From: Eledone cirrhosa
Lineage: Eukaryota
DNA length: 64,000 bases
NCBI GenBank assembly: GCA_964016885.1
Contig: OZ024748.1
Location: 33,418,001 to 33,482,000, forward strand
Direction of reading: 5' to 3'
This document shows, in pieces, positions 12,876-24,138 of the stretch (position 1 is its first letter; each line of letters starts with the position of its first letter). A program made the translations under genes and the position numbers. The notes beneath the pieces are model-generated. The model was not told the origin of the DNA. It ran no database searches and was given only the letters and a program-made list of their open reading frames with translations.

Positions 12876-15031
12876 ATTCAACTTGCAAACTATGGGCCAA
12901 ATCCCTAAAAACTTTTTTACAATTCTCGATAAGCATTTCCCACCTAACCACAAATATCGTCAAATCTTAAACAGAAATACAGTAAAATTTTCTTACTCTA
13001 CATAGAGCAATATACAACAAAAAATATGTGCATATAACATCTATAAATGTAAAAAAGCTCCATCTATACCACACACAATAGCACACCACACACAAGATAA
13101 CTATGGTAATACTACAACATGTAACCAGAATATTACTGCATACCCACCTGCTACATCCGCTCACTCACCTCACCAGCACAATACAACAGCCTACAACCAA
13201 CTACCATCTTCCTCATCCTTAATAGGGACTAAGACTTACATACCCAATCTAACCAATAGCTTCCAAAACAACCATGATTCTATAAACGCTATATCCAGTA
13301 TAATTTCACCAACTAACAACGATTCGGGCCGCAACCACCCAACCGTAAACCCTTCTCTCCCAAATAAAAAGGTAAACACAAATACTAGCACTATTATTGA
13401 GAATATGGATAGCACATCTGAAACCCTATATGCAAACGGTTGTAATTGTAGAATAAAAGATAATTGCCCCTTAAACGGAAATTGCTTAATTAATAATATA
13501 GTATATAAATGTGTAATCACCACTAAGGACTCTAATCAATCCTATATTGTATCCACTTCTAATCCATTTAAATCGAGATTTTATGCACACACCCACAGTT
13601 TCCGAAACACAAAATTACCAAATACCACTTCTTTAGCAGAAGCAGTTAATAATTGTAAAAAGAGGAATATTAAATATAACGTAACTTAGAAGATTCTTAA
13701 GAGAGCTATTTCTTATCAGGGCAATAGAAGGGAGTGTGGACTGTTCCCAAGAAATTTTTGAAATTACTAAATCGAAGGAAACTCTATTAAATAAAAGACA
13801 AGAATTAATTATAGTATGTAACCATAAAATTAGAAGGACATTCAAATATTATAAATACAACTAACAAATATAGAAAATGATATAGGTGAAAAAATGTGTG
13901 TGTGAATATGTATATGTGTGTGTGTGTATATATATGTATATGCATAAGTGTATGCCTATATATATACATGTGTGAGTGTACATGTATATGTGTGTATGTA
14001 TATAGTATGTGTATGTGTGTGTGCATGTATATATGTGTGTATGTATGTGTGTATATATATGTGTATATATATGCGTGTGTATATCTATATATACATATAT
14101 ATATTTTCTGCTACTAGAATTAATCCATAGATTTAATCCTATATCTCATCCCTATAACTGTTTTATGTAATTAACTATAATTTAGCACTATAGATTACAT
14201 TATGTTCAATAATCTAACAACATTTTAAACTAATATCCATTTAAACCTCCTTTTTTTAAAAAAAACAACAGATTATTAATGTAGATTCTTATTCGAAAAT
14301 ATAATTCCTTACAGGGAAAACTTCATTCTAACCACTCTAACACATTAGAATACTTACACAAACTTTAGTATTTTCTTACCTATATAATATTTTATCTATA
14401 TTATATCTAAATTTCACTTCTATTTGGTTTCATTTATATTCCTCAACTTATTATATTATATATTTTTAGAACAAATTATTCCTCATAACAAAGAAATAAC
14501 TAATTATTCCTCATAACAAAGAAATAACTAATATTTTAAGATACCATTTTCTATACCATTCTACTTGATGTAAGACACTAATCTCTGTACCCCTTTTCCT
14601 CCAACCATAATCTTCTTTGACCATTAACACTTTTATGTCTAAATTCATTTACACTAGCAACTTTCATTTCTTTTCTTAAAAGTCATTTGATACCTCATCA
14701 CCTGACAGCCTATTTATTCATCTACTACTACCAACTTTAAGGATCTATACTGCCCCTTCCTATTCTTACTATTGGTCAATTTCAACCTGGTTATAAAATG
14801 TTACTTATTCATATATGTTTTTTTGTATTCTTCAATAAACAAAACTCATTATTTCTGAAGACAGCAGCTAGTGAAGCCCTATGTATTTTTTCTTACTATG
14901 ATATTTTGTAATATATTTTACATAAATCAATAATTGAATGGTCATACGGGGAACTACCCCCCCAGAAATGATCGTAAAATAATGAGTTTTAATTTTAATT
15001 AACCATTTTGTGTTTAATTTCATTGTTTTAA

Positions 15032-15035
<4 letters not shown>
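12876..15035 (+). mobile_element. 5'-truncated Penelope-like element (Naiad-like), unit 1 only
   Basis: CxCx5C linker (CNCRIKDNC), GIY-YIG-like NIVY..YIVST..FKSRFYAH and terminal LLNKRQELIIVCNH. Long AT-rich 3' region ending in a hammerhead. Both ends lie in (TA)n. Empty site at ~48820-48855. Confidence 0.8.
14841..14990 (+). ncRNA. Type I hammerhead ribozyme motif (family B) with long helix II
   Basis: 14-bp perfect helix I aaaactcattattt/aaataatgagtttt. CTGAAGA at 14855-14861, GAAA at 14965-14968, helix III a-tgatcg-t, GTA triplet at 14974-14976. Base of helix II is mismatched. Confidence 0.8.
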
Positions 15036-15080
<45 letters not shown>

Positions 15081-15086
<6 letters not shown>

Positions 15087-15572
15087 GGAAAAAATGAAAC
15101 GAAATTTCATTTCCCACTCTTAGTACGGCTGTTACTTAAATATAAGTATGTACACGTACATACATATATGTATACAGATGTACAGTAGTATGTATATATA
15201 TATATACATACATGCACACATATATATGTACGTATGGATTCACCGAACATTTATTATAATGCTCGGTGTAAACAAACATCCCGTATTAAGCCATAGTGTC
15301 CAGCAACCATCGTTGCTCGTTTGTTCAACACTGACAAAGGAATGCTGTACTAGTTTCAAGCTTATTAGCTATCGTCAGCAACGTATGCCTTCCTGCCAGA
15401 TTGTTGAACGTATATACTTACCTTATGCATATTAACGGCTGAGTAGCCCAATTTGCATATCGAGTGGGTTAATCGGCCGGGTGCACCGAAAACGATAAAC
15501 GGAAAAAATGAAACGAAATTTCATTTCCCACTCTTAGTACGGCTGTTACTTAAATATAAGTATGTACACGTA
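15081..15572 (-). mobile_element. 414-bp non-coding monomer with 78-bp terminal direct repeats (retrozyme-like or solo PLE pseudo-LTR)
   Basis: Identical repeats at 15081-15158 and 15495-15572. Contains a hammerhead. Embedded in (TA)n. Unit 1 only. Confidence 0.7.
15331..15399 (-). ncRNA. Type I hammerhead ribozyme motif (family C), core intact
   Basis: Minus strand reads gttg CTGACGA t agct-aata-agct t GAA ACTAGT A cagc, with outer helix I ctggca/tgtcag. GTA triplet and palindromic helix III. Confidence 0.85.
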
Positions 15573-15729
15573 TATATATATATATACACAATTTTCTCTC
15601 CCCTACATCAGTCTTACACTGTCATATCTATTCTTACTTTACAATTGTGTCTACTAAGAGTTCCATTACAATCTGTAATAGTAAAACTACTATTTCACCA
15701 GAACATCTGCTATCAGTCATATATGTATA

Positions 15730-16083
15730 TAAAAGCTAAACAGAAATAACAACACAATCAGAACAGTATATGGAAGGGATATATTAGGTTAACACTTGAT
15801 ATAGCAGGAAGAGGGTCTTAACGTTTTGGACGCTAGTCCTTCATCAGAAGAAAGAATGAGAAATAAAATAGATTGAGGGGACGGGCGGGTTGGAATGGGA
15901 AAAAATCTCTTTAGATAAGAATATCTATGTAACGTAATGTAATACAGCCAAAAGGGCAGATAATGGGAAAATACCTTGAAAGGAAGTTGATTCTGAAATG
16001 GGAATACAAATGGAATAAAATAAGTTTTGAGTAAATCCGAGCAGGTTTTCCCGAGATATGGGGTTTCTGGGGTACCTTCATAA

Positions 16084-16085
<2 letters not shown>
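15730..16085 (-). mobile_element. PLE-like terminal remnant carrying a family A hammerhead
   Basis: Homologous segments at 22650-22796+24011-24095, 48995-49350 and 60565-60790. All are flanked by microsatellite. Confidence 0.6.
15816..15851 (-). ncRNA. Minimal type I hammerhead (family A), G12A lesion
   Basis: Minus strand reads tctt CTGATGA a ggac tagc gtcc AAA acgt t aaga. Confidence 0.75.
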
Positions 16086-16153
<68 letters not shown>

Positions 16154-16518
16154 GAAGAGAGAGTGGTTGTGACAGAATAGATTGAAAGAGAGACATAGAG
16201 AGACAAAGAGAGAGGGAGAGAGATCTGGTGGTGTTGTGTATATATATATATATGTGAGTGTGTGTATATATATGTATATGTGTGTGTGTCTATGACCAGT
16301 ATATATAGATCACAGACACACACATATATAGATCACAGACACACACATACATATATATATGTATATACATACAGACATTTATATATATATATTCACACAC
16401 ACGTATATATATATATATATATGGGCCTTCCAGTTTTACATTATATACATGTCTGTATAAAATTATTTTGAGGTGAAGGTTACCCAACGGGTCACAGGTG
16501 GTCTACATATATATATAT

Positions 16519-19318
16519 AAAAAAAAACGTGAAAACCACTTGATCATCTATAGATCAGGGGAACACGCCAGCCAGATAGATTATATCCTTACTAGAAGAC
16601 GGGACAAAATGTCTGTTGTAAACACTAAATCCCTCCCCCGTGAAGAATGCACCTCCCAACATAGCCTAGTAGTTAGTGACCCCATAGTCAGGAATAGACG
16701 TACTCAATGACAGAGGAGGACTACATTGAGGAGAAGAATATGGAAGTTGAAGGACCCCATAGCCAGAGACAAATTTAAAAGCTTATTACTTGATGCCTTT
16801 GATAAGAAAGAGCAATTAGAGACGTGCGATATAGAGGAAAAGTGGGAATTCTTGAAAGTGAACCTGCTGAAAGCAACGGATGAAATCTGTGGCTGGAGCA
16901 GACCAATAGGCAGGAGGAGAGTAACTTGGTGGTGGAACAGTAAGGTGGAAGAGACAATCAAGGTCAAAAAGCAGGCTTGGAAAGTATGGCAGGATGGGAG
17001 AAGTAGAGAACACTATCAAGTGGCCAGGAGAGAAGCTAGGAGACAAGTGTACCTTGCAAAAAGGGTAGCAGAGGATAGACAGTTCAAGCATTTTCTAGAA
17101 CAAGAGGACCAAAAACGTGAAATGTTCAGGATTGCTAGACAATGTGTCAAGGAAAATCATGATATTGTCGGGGAGAAGTGAGTCCGTAATGATAATGGTG
17201 TACTTGCACTCACTGATACTGATAAGAAGATAGCTTGGAAGTGTCACTATGCGAGACGATTAAATGAGGAGAATAAATGGGAAAAAGATAGTCTGCCCCA
17301 AATCGATCCAATAGAAGGACCAGCGGTGCAGGTTAAAGGTAGTATAATAAGTAAGGCAATCAAAGATATGAAGACAGACAAGGTAGCTGGGCCTTCGGAG
17401 ATAGTTGCTGAGATGTTGAAGGCATCTGGTATGGTGGGACACACTATGGTCACCCGTATAGTTAACCAAGTAATACAGAATGGGGTCATACCGAAAGACT
17501 GGCGTAGCAGCATCATCATTAACTGCTACAAGGGTAAAGGGGATACTCTAGATAGGGGAAACTATAGAGGCATTAAGTTAGTTGACCAGGTCATGAAGGT
17601 CACAGAGAGAGTTATATCGCAACTAATCTTAGAGCGAATTGATCTAGATGAAATGCAGTTTGGGTTTGTGTCAGGTAAAAGTACCACAGATGCTTTTTTC
17701 CTTGTGCGACAACTATGAGAGAAGTACCTAGCTAAAAGTAAACCCATCTACTTAGCTTTTGACAGAGTCCCCCGCTCCATTATCTGGTGGGCTCTTAGAA
17801 AACTAGGTGGAGATGAATGGCTTGTGAGAGCTATACAAGCTATGTATAATGAAACAGTCAGTAAGGTTAGAATTTAGTGTAAAAGTTGGCGTTCATCAAG
17901 GCTCTGTCCTTAGCCCCCTCTTATTTATTATTGCCCTTCAGGCTATAACAGAGGAGTTCAAGACTGGCTGCCCATGGGAACTCCTATATGCAGATGATCT
18001 AACGCTCATAGCTGAATCAATGGCTGAACTAGAGAAGAAATTCGAAACATGGAAGCATGGCCTAGAATCAAAAGGCCTTAAAGTTAACCTGGCTAAGACT
18101 AAAGTTCCAGTTTGTAGAAAGGAAAATAGGGCACAGGTGCCCCCAGGGAAATGGCCATGCTCAGTGTGTAGGAAAGGAGTAGGCAGAAATTCCATTTTAT
18201 GTCCCAAATGCAAAGTATGGTTACATAAAAGATGTAGTGGGATCACAGGTAAACTATCTAAGAACGTAGACTTTATATGTGACCAATGCTATGGTGCAAT
18301 AAGTAGCAAGTGTCCAAAGGATACTAGCTCCTTCTATTGCCCAGATGGTTCTATAGAAATAGTGGACACCTTCCGTTACCTGGGTGACAAAATCAGCTGT
18401 GGTGGAAGGTGCTCTGAAAGTAAAGTAGCCAGAGTCAGAACGGGATGGAAAAAGTTCAGAGAGCTTATACTGCTGTTGGCCACAAAAGGTTTCTCTCTAA
18501 AAATGAAAGGCAGATTGTATGATGCCTGTATATGAACAGCAATGCTACATGGCAGTGAGACATGGGCATTACGTGCAGAGGACCTGCGTAGACTGAAAAG
18601 GAACGAAGCATGCATGCTCCGTTGGATGTGTAATAGTAATATACGTGAACGGCAAAGCATAAATGAACTAAGTGAGAAATTAGGAATAAGAGGGATCAGA
18701 TGCTGTTTACTTGAGAGAAGACTACGTTGGTATGGTCACGTGATGCGCATGAAAGATGACAGCTGCATAAAAAAGTGCAGGGTAATCAAAATTGATGGTA
18801 GTTACGGAGTAGGTAGACCCAGAAAAACCTGGGATGATCTGATAAATTCCGACCTTACACACTTACATCTCTCTAAGACAATGTCTCTGGACCGAGATCT
18901 TTGGCGCTACGCAGTAATACAGAAGACCTGCCTTGCCTATGTACAAAGCGAAACCTACAGTCAGTTGGCACCTCTTAACCAAATATACACTCCAATCCAC
19001 TACCCCTACCCTATCCTCCCACTCACACCAACAGCACGAGATAATGAGATCAAGATCGTGTAGGTGTCACGACAAAAAACACACAGAGTCCACGCTGTAA
19101 TGTGGTTGTGTAGGTAACACAGTAAAAAGTTCCCAGTTCCACACTGTAAATGAGTTGGTGTTAGGAAGGGCATCCAGCCGTAGAAAACCTGCCAGATAGT
19201 CATATATGAGCGAGACACAGTCACCCGACCAGCCTTGCCTCAAGTGGGACAACTCCTGTCTAACCCATGATAGCGTGGAAAATGGACGTTAAACGAAGAT
19301 GATGATGATGATGATGAT
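16519..19318 (+). mobile_element. 5'-truncated RTE LINE (subfamily A-like), unit 1 only
   Basis: SQIDYIL through RT and thumb, with stops and deletions, ending in a (GAT)n tail at ~19298-19318. Confidence 0.94.
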
Positions 19319-19391
19319 ATACTCTTTTACTCTTTTACCTGTTTCAGCCATCCGGCTGAGGCCATGCTGGGGCACCGATATATATATATAT

Positions 19392-19722
19392 ATCATCATC
19401 ATTTTATGTCCGCTTTTCCCTGCTTGCAAGGGTGGGATGGGAACTGATTCTGGCTTGATTTCTACAGCTGGATGCCCTTCCTAAACCCAACCTCATTTAC
19501 AGTGAGTGCTGGGTGCTTTTTTTCCGTGACACCTCCACGACCACTTTGCAGTGGAGTGATAGGGACCCCAGTCCTATCATCTCATTTCTACGGCTGAGTA
19601 AACTGGAGCAATGTGAAATAAAGTGACTTGCTCAAGGAAACAACACATCACCCGGTCTGAGAATTGAACTCACAACCTTTCGATTGCAAGGCCAATGCTC
19701 TAACCACTAAGCCATGTGCCTC
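19392..19722 (-). mobile_element. tRNA-derived SINE with CORE-like body and RTE-derived 3' tail
   Basis: Minus strand: tggcttagtggttagagc (A box), gagttcaattc (B box), ccttgagcaagtcacttt body, then ggaagggcatccagctgtagaaatcaag..(GAT)n shared with RTE 3' UTRs. Further copies at 21540-21866 and 55025-55458. Confidence 0.85.
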
Positions 19723-20049
19723 CATATACATATATTTATATCAAGCAAGAATTTGTTGGTCATTCCTCTTTCTCTCTCTTCCACAGAATCTCTGTATTGG
19801 ACAACAAGACTCAGGACAGTGTCTCCTTCATATGTTGAACTACCTCAACACCAACGATCCTCTCACAGGTAAGTACATATCCATCAAAGCTGGAGGTGAA
19901 CCAATTATCAAAGTACTTCAACATCTTTTTAACTGCTTTATCACTACAGGAAAAAAGCCCAGACATGTTCAAGAAAGCATTGATAGTTGTACTCTACTAA
20001 AAAGGTAGCAGACTTGATTGTGGGAATTATTGTCCTATCAGCCTATTAA

Positions 20050-20190
20050 CCCTTTAATGTTCAAACCGCCCAAAACTGGCCAGAATTCTCCACCTTTTTG
20101 TATTGAAAATGGCTGTAATTGGTCACTCAAACTGATGTTATGGTATTGTTCTCAAAATAAATACTTTCAAAATCTCATAGATTCGATATT
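20050..20190. mobile_element. piggyBac-like terminal fragment
   Basis: TTAA|ccctttaatgttcaaaccgccc resembles the terminus of the element at 22797-24010. Confidence 0.55.
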
Positions 20191-20580
20191 ATGTAAGATA
20201 AAACCGTTACTGTGAAAATACAATAGTATATAGAGAGTAATGTAATGTTATGTGAGATATTATGTGAGGTAAAGCCTTTACTGTGAAAATACAATAGTAT
20301 ATAAAGAGTAATGTAAATGTTATGTTAGATATGTAAGATAAAGCCTTTACTGGGAAAATTCAATAGTATATATAGAGTAATGTAAATGTTATGCGAGATA
20401 TTATGTGAGGTAAAGCCTTTACTATGAAAATACAATAGTATATATAGAGTAATGTAAATTTTATGTGAGATATTATGTGAGGTAAAGCCTTTATTGTGAA
20501 AATACAATAGTATATATAGAGTAATGTAAATGTTATGTGAGATATTATGTGAGGTAAAGCCTTTACTGTGAAAATATAAT

Positions 20581-20761
20581 TGTTTCTACTTTAGGCACAA
20601 GGCCAGCAATTATCCAGTGCATTACTGGTACTTTATTTTATCGACCCCGTAAGGATGAAAGGCAAAGTCAACCTCGGCGGGATTTGAACTCAGATCGTAA
20701 AGGGACGTAACTATGCTGGAAAGCATGGCGTCCGACCCTCTACTGATACTGCCAATCCACC
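20581..20761 (-). mobile_element. tRNA-derived SINE with 13-bp TSD
   Basis: TSD gtgaaaatataat at 20568-20580 and 20762-20774. Confidence 0.9.
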
Positions 20762-20799
20762 GTGAAAATATAATAGTATATATAGAGTAATGTAAATGT

Positions 20800-21172
20800 T
20801 ATAATAATAATAATAATGAAAAGATTGTGTACAGTGCTCAGGTGAACTACAACTGTGTATGTATAGTATTATACAAAAGTGTATGTATAGTACATAGGGT
20901 AATGTACGAACATCAGGAAAATGAACAGTGCATGAGTCATGATATACACGTGTGCATGTGTATGGAAGGGAGACATCAGGTGTAGTTTTGGTGAATTTCG
21001 GGAAGCATGAGGGTTTTAAAGGATGCAGTGTCTCGGCAGCTAACAACTGACGCAGGCAGTTTATTCCATGCTTCAGCAAATCTAAGCGTGAAAAAATGAT
21101 TCTGAAAGTCATGGGAGCTGTTTTCTGACTTTGTCCACGTGTGTTAGACACATGGAGATCAAAAAGGTGTAA
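20800..21172 (-). mobile_element. CR1/L2-type LINE 3' fragment
   Basis: Minus-strand NTRGQ..FFTLR..EAWNKLP-like C-terminus across frameshifts, with (ATT)n tail. Absent from unit 2. Confidence 0.7.
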
Positions 21173-21539
21173 AGTCTTTACTGTGAAAATACAATAGTAT
21201 ATATATAGAGTAATGTATATGATATGTGAGGTAAAGCTTCTCTTCCTCTCTCTCTAGAAAGCTAGATCCTTTCTTAACCATGGAACCATGTATTACTTCA
21301 TGTCCTGTTTAGGGGTCACAAACTGTCAGATTTCTCTGACCCTATACTTTTGCTCATCATCAAGATAAAGTCTCCCTTCATTTATATCCCTGCTTTCTGT
21401 GGTTGGTGTTAGGAAGGGCCTCTAGCTGTAAAATACCCAACAGTCCTCACCAGAGCAAAGCGCAATGGGGGCCAACTATGGCCAGACTTGACCCAGATTC
21501 TGCCTCCTTCACTGTGTTTATCACCAGAACTATCATCAT

Positions 21540-21866
21540 GATCATCATTTTACGTCCACTTTTCTCTGCTTGCAAGGGTGGGACGGGAACCGATTCTGTC
21601 TTGATTTCTACAGCTGGATGCCCTTCCTAACACCAACCTCATTTACAGTGAGTGCTAGGTGCTTTTTTGCCATGGCACCACCATGACCACTTTGCAGTGG
21701 AATGATAGGGACCCCAGGCCTATCATCTCATTTCTACAGCTAAGTAAACTGGAGCAATGTGAAAAGTGTCTTGCTCAAGGAAACAACACATCACCTGGTC
21801 TGAGAATTTACCTCACAACCTTTTGATTGCAAGGTCAATGCTCTTACCACTAAACCATGTGCCTCC
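21540..21866 (-). mobile_element. tRNA/CORE-like SINE with RTE tail (pre-duplication)
   Basis: Same family as 19392-19722. Orthologue at 55025-55458. Confidence 0.85.
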
Positions 21867-21889
21867 ATGTATATATGTATATATATATA

Positions 21890-22260
21890 CATAAAAGATA
21901 AAAAAAAAGATGGTATGTTCACAGACACTCTATGAAGAACCGTAGACTAGAGAACTCAACAACGCTGGCCAATAAAATCTGGCAGCTTAAGGACACAAAC
22001 CAGGAATATGGGATTAACTGGTCGAAATTTAATTACCACCCACCTCCACATCTTGTGTATATAACACAGCCATTTGTTTCTCTATATATGCCTGTGTCTA
22101 CCGTTCCTTCATAAACCAGTTCCTAGAACATGATCACAACACCGTCATCCTGAAATACCACATCCACCAGATGCAGAAGAATGCACACGTCATGTTAAAA
22201 GCTGGTCAAATCCAATCAGATCAAGTCCTCATGAAGAGTCTGTTGCACAAGGTAAATAGT
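21890..22260 (+). mobile_element. Degenerate PLE GIY-YIG fragment (pre-duplication)
   Basis: KRWYVHRHSMKNRRLENSTTLANKIWQLKD..INWS. Orthologue at 55495-55865. Confidence 0.65.
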
Positions 22261-22735
22261 ATGCGTGCTTGTGTGTATATATATGGGTGTGTGTGTATAT
22301 GTGTGTCTGTGTGTATATATGTGTGTATGTATATATGTGTGTGTATGTGTGTATATATGTGTATATATATATATGTGTGTGTGTCTGTGTCTGTATATAT
22401 ATAAATATATATAGTTAGAGAGGTGTGTATATAATAAATAATGTATATAATCTACGCCTAATCGTGATTATAACTTCTACTTTGCAGTTTACAACTGTAG
22501 CTGGCAACTGTGATGTTGACAAGAATGTAGTACTCAATATAGGGTGCATGATAGAGAGTAGCATTGAGGAAGAGGAAAATACATAATGAAAAATACACCA
22601 ATATATATATAGTATATATACATACATACTATATATATATATATATATATAAAAGGTAAACAGAAATAACAACACAATCGGTAGACTTTATGGAAGGGAT
22701 ATATTAGGTTAACGATTGATATAGCAGGAAGAGGG

Positions 22736-22771
22736 TGTTAACGTTTCAGACGCTAGTCCTTCATCAGAAGA
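22736..22771 (-). ncRNA. Minimal type I hammerhead (family A), catalytic core intact
   Basis: Minus strand reads tctt CTGATGA a ggac tagc gtct GAA acgt t aaca (G-U at the helix II base, one helix I mismatch). Confidence 0.78.
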
Positions 22772-22796
22772 AAGAATGAGAAATAAAATAGATTAA

Positions 22797-24010
22797 CCCT
22801 TTAGCATTCGCATTCATTTTCAAACGTCATGTTTATCTGTTAAAGTAGAAACAATTATTTTCAGTTAATCAGAGTCGGACGCCATGCTTAACTTTGCCTT
22901 TCATCCTTACGGGGTCGATAAAATAAAATACCAGTAATGCACTGGGTAATTGCTGGCCCTGTGCCAAAGTAGAAACAATTATTTTCAGTTAATCATACTC
23001 AAAAGGGTTATCAATTTTATTTGTTTGTAATTTTCTTAATTTTCTATGTGCAGGCTTCAAATTTTGTCAGTAGATGTTTAAATATCAATAATTTACAATT
23101 ATATAATTTTACCTGATTTTTTTGGTCAAATTTGACTTTTATGGGCAGGTGAAATTAATTAATAGGGGCATTTGAAGTATCAACCAGATGCAAATACTAG
23201 TTTAATTTTAAATACATTGTTTTCGGCATAATACTTGATATATAAGAATCACTAAACCTTATATCAGTATTCCAGTAATTCCACAGTCTTGGAAATTGTT
23301 TTATACCGAACATAATATTTACGCTAAAAAATGCTTGCATTTCTGCAGCATCTGTTGGTCGCCATAACAGATCGTGTTTTCCTCGATTTGAAATCTGTTG
23401 TTGGGCATATCGATTAATCTCTTCTGCCACAACATCGAAGAAGGTTTGTGGTAAAAACAAAAAGAAATAATCCAGTGCTTTAGCATCGGGAGCTAATGTG
23501 TGTTGTGGACCAGTATTTTGAATAAAATAGGGAACATATATTGGTGTGGTATTTTTCAACCACATGGCTGTAATATTTTCAATGGCGCCCTGGAGACCTC
23601 CTTCGTTTTCACTTTCAAAACAAAAATCATCGTCGGATGAAATTTCAGAAATATAAACATCAGATTTATTTGAAGATAAATCACTAATATTATCATTTGT
23701 TTCTTGTTTATTCTGAATGTCATCATGTGTAAAACCTTCAAAGTCAGTATCGCTAATTTCATAAGCCATGTTGATACAAAAGAAAAGTTTGTTGCACTTT
23801 CAAAGTTAAAAAAACACTTGTTGTTTTAAGTTGTTCCACTATATTAAGTGTTAATTTTCGCGGTAAGGGCCTAATCTCGCAGCAGTCTCGAATTGACGAG
23901 ATTTTGATGATGGTTTGTTTATTTTTAGAACAAATTTTTAGTGTGAGTGTTTTCGGGCGGTTTAAACAAAAGAAGGGGAAATAATTTCGGGCAGTTTGAA
24001 CACTAAAGAG
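22797..24010 (-). mobile_element. Internally deleted piggyBac DNA transposon, unit 1 only
   Basis: TTAA at 22793-22796 and 24011-24014. Imperfect TIRs ccctttagcattc/ctctttagtgttc. Contains a SINE fragment at ~22845-22982. Empty site at ~60706-60712. Confidence 0.88.
23197..23769 (-). pseudogene. piggyBac transposase N-terminal fragment (PGBD-like)
   Basis: Acidic N-terminus, then ALDYFFLFL..VAEEINRYAQQ..WRPTDAAEMQAFF..G..P..NYW. Truncated before the DDD core. Confidence 0.85.
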
Positions 24011-24095
24011 TTAAGGGGACGGGTAGGATGGAATTGGAAAAAATGTCTTTAGATAAAAATAATAGGTCCATTCATGTTGACATCTCTTGCAAAAC

Positions 24096-24130
<35 letters not shown>

Positions 24131-24138
24131 ATATATCA

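Larger units (their letters stand above)
20190..21240. repeat. 72-bp minisatellite array interrupted by a SINE and a CR1/L2 tail
   Basis: tgtgaggtaaagcctttactgtgaaaatacaatag.. recurs at 20404, 20476 and 20548. About 3 units at 54495-54705. Confidence 0.9.

Noticed and set aside
13405-13870. Selenocysteine-type (UGA-for-Cys) recoding as reported for some Naiad PLEs
   Set aside because: The Cys codons are TGT/TGC, the in-frame stop is TAG at a Trp position, and no SECIS was recognised.
19640-19722. tRNA-like sequences with A and B boxes (also at 12465, 41157 and 51430)
   Set aside because: They are fused to SINE bodies and tails, some with TSDs, and no complete cloverleaf was seen. Treated as SINE heads.
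20190-21240. CRISPR-like periodicity in the 72-bp, 73-bp (51591), 92-bp (49878) and 84-bp (ZNF) arrays
   Set aside because: Whole units repeat with no unique spacers, there are no cas genes, and the context is eukaryotic.
22205-22262. Possible hammerhead after the degenerate GIY-YIG fragment (catgaagagtc..)
   Set aside because: No intact CTGANGA or GAAA and no closing helices in either unit.
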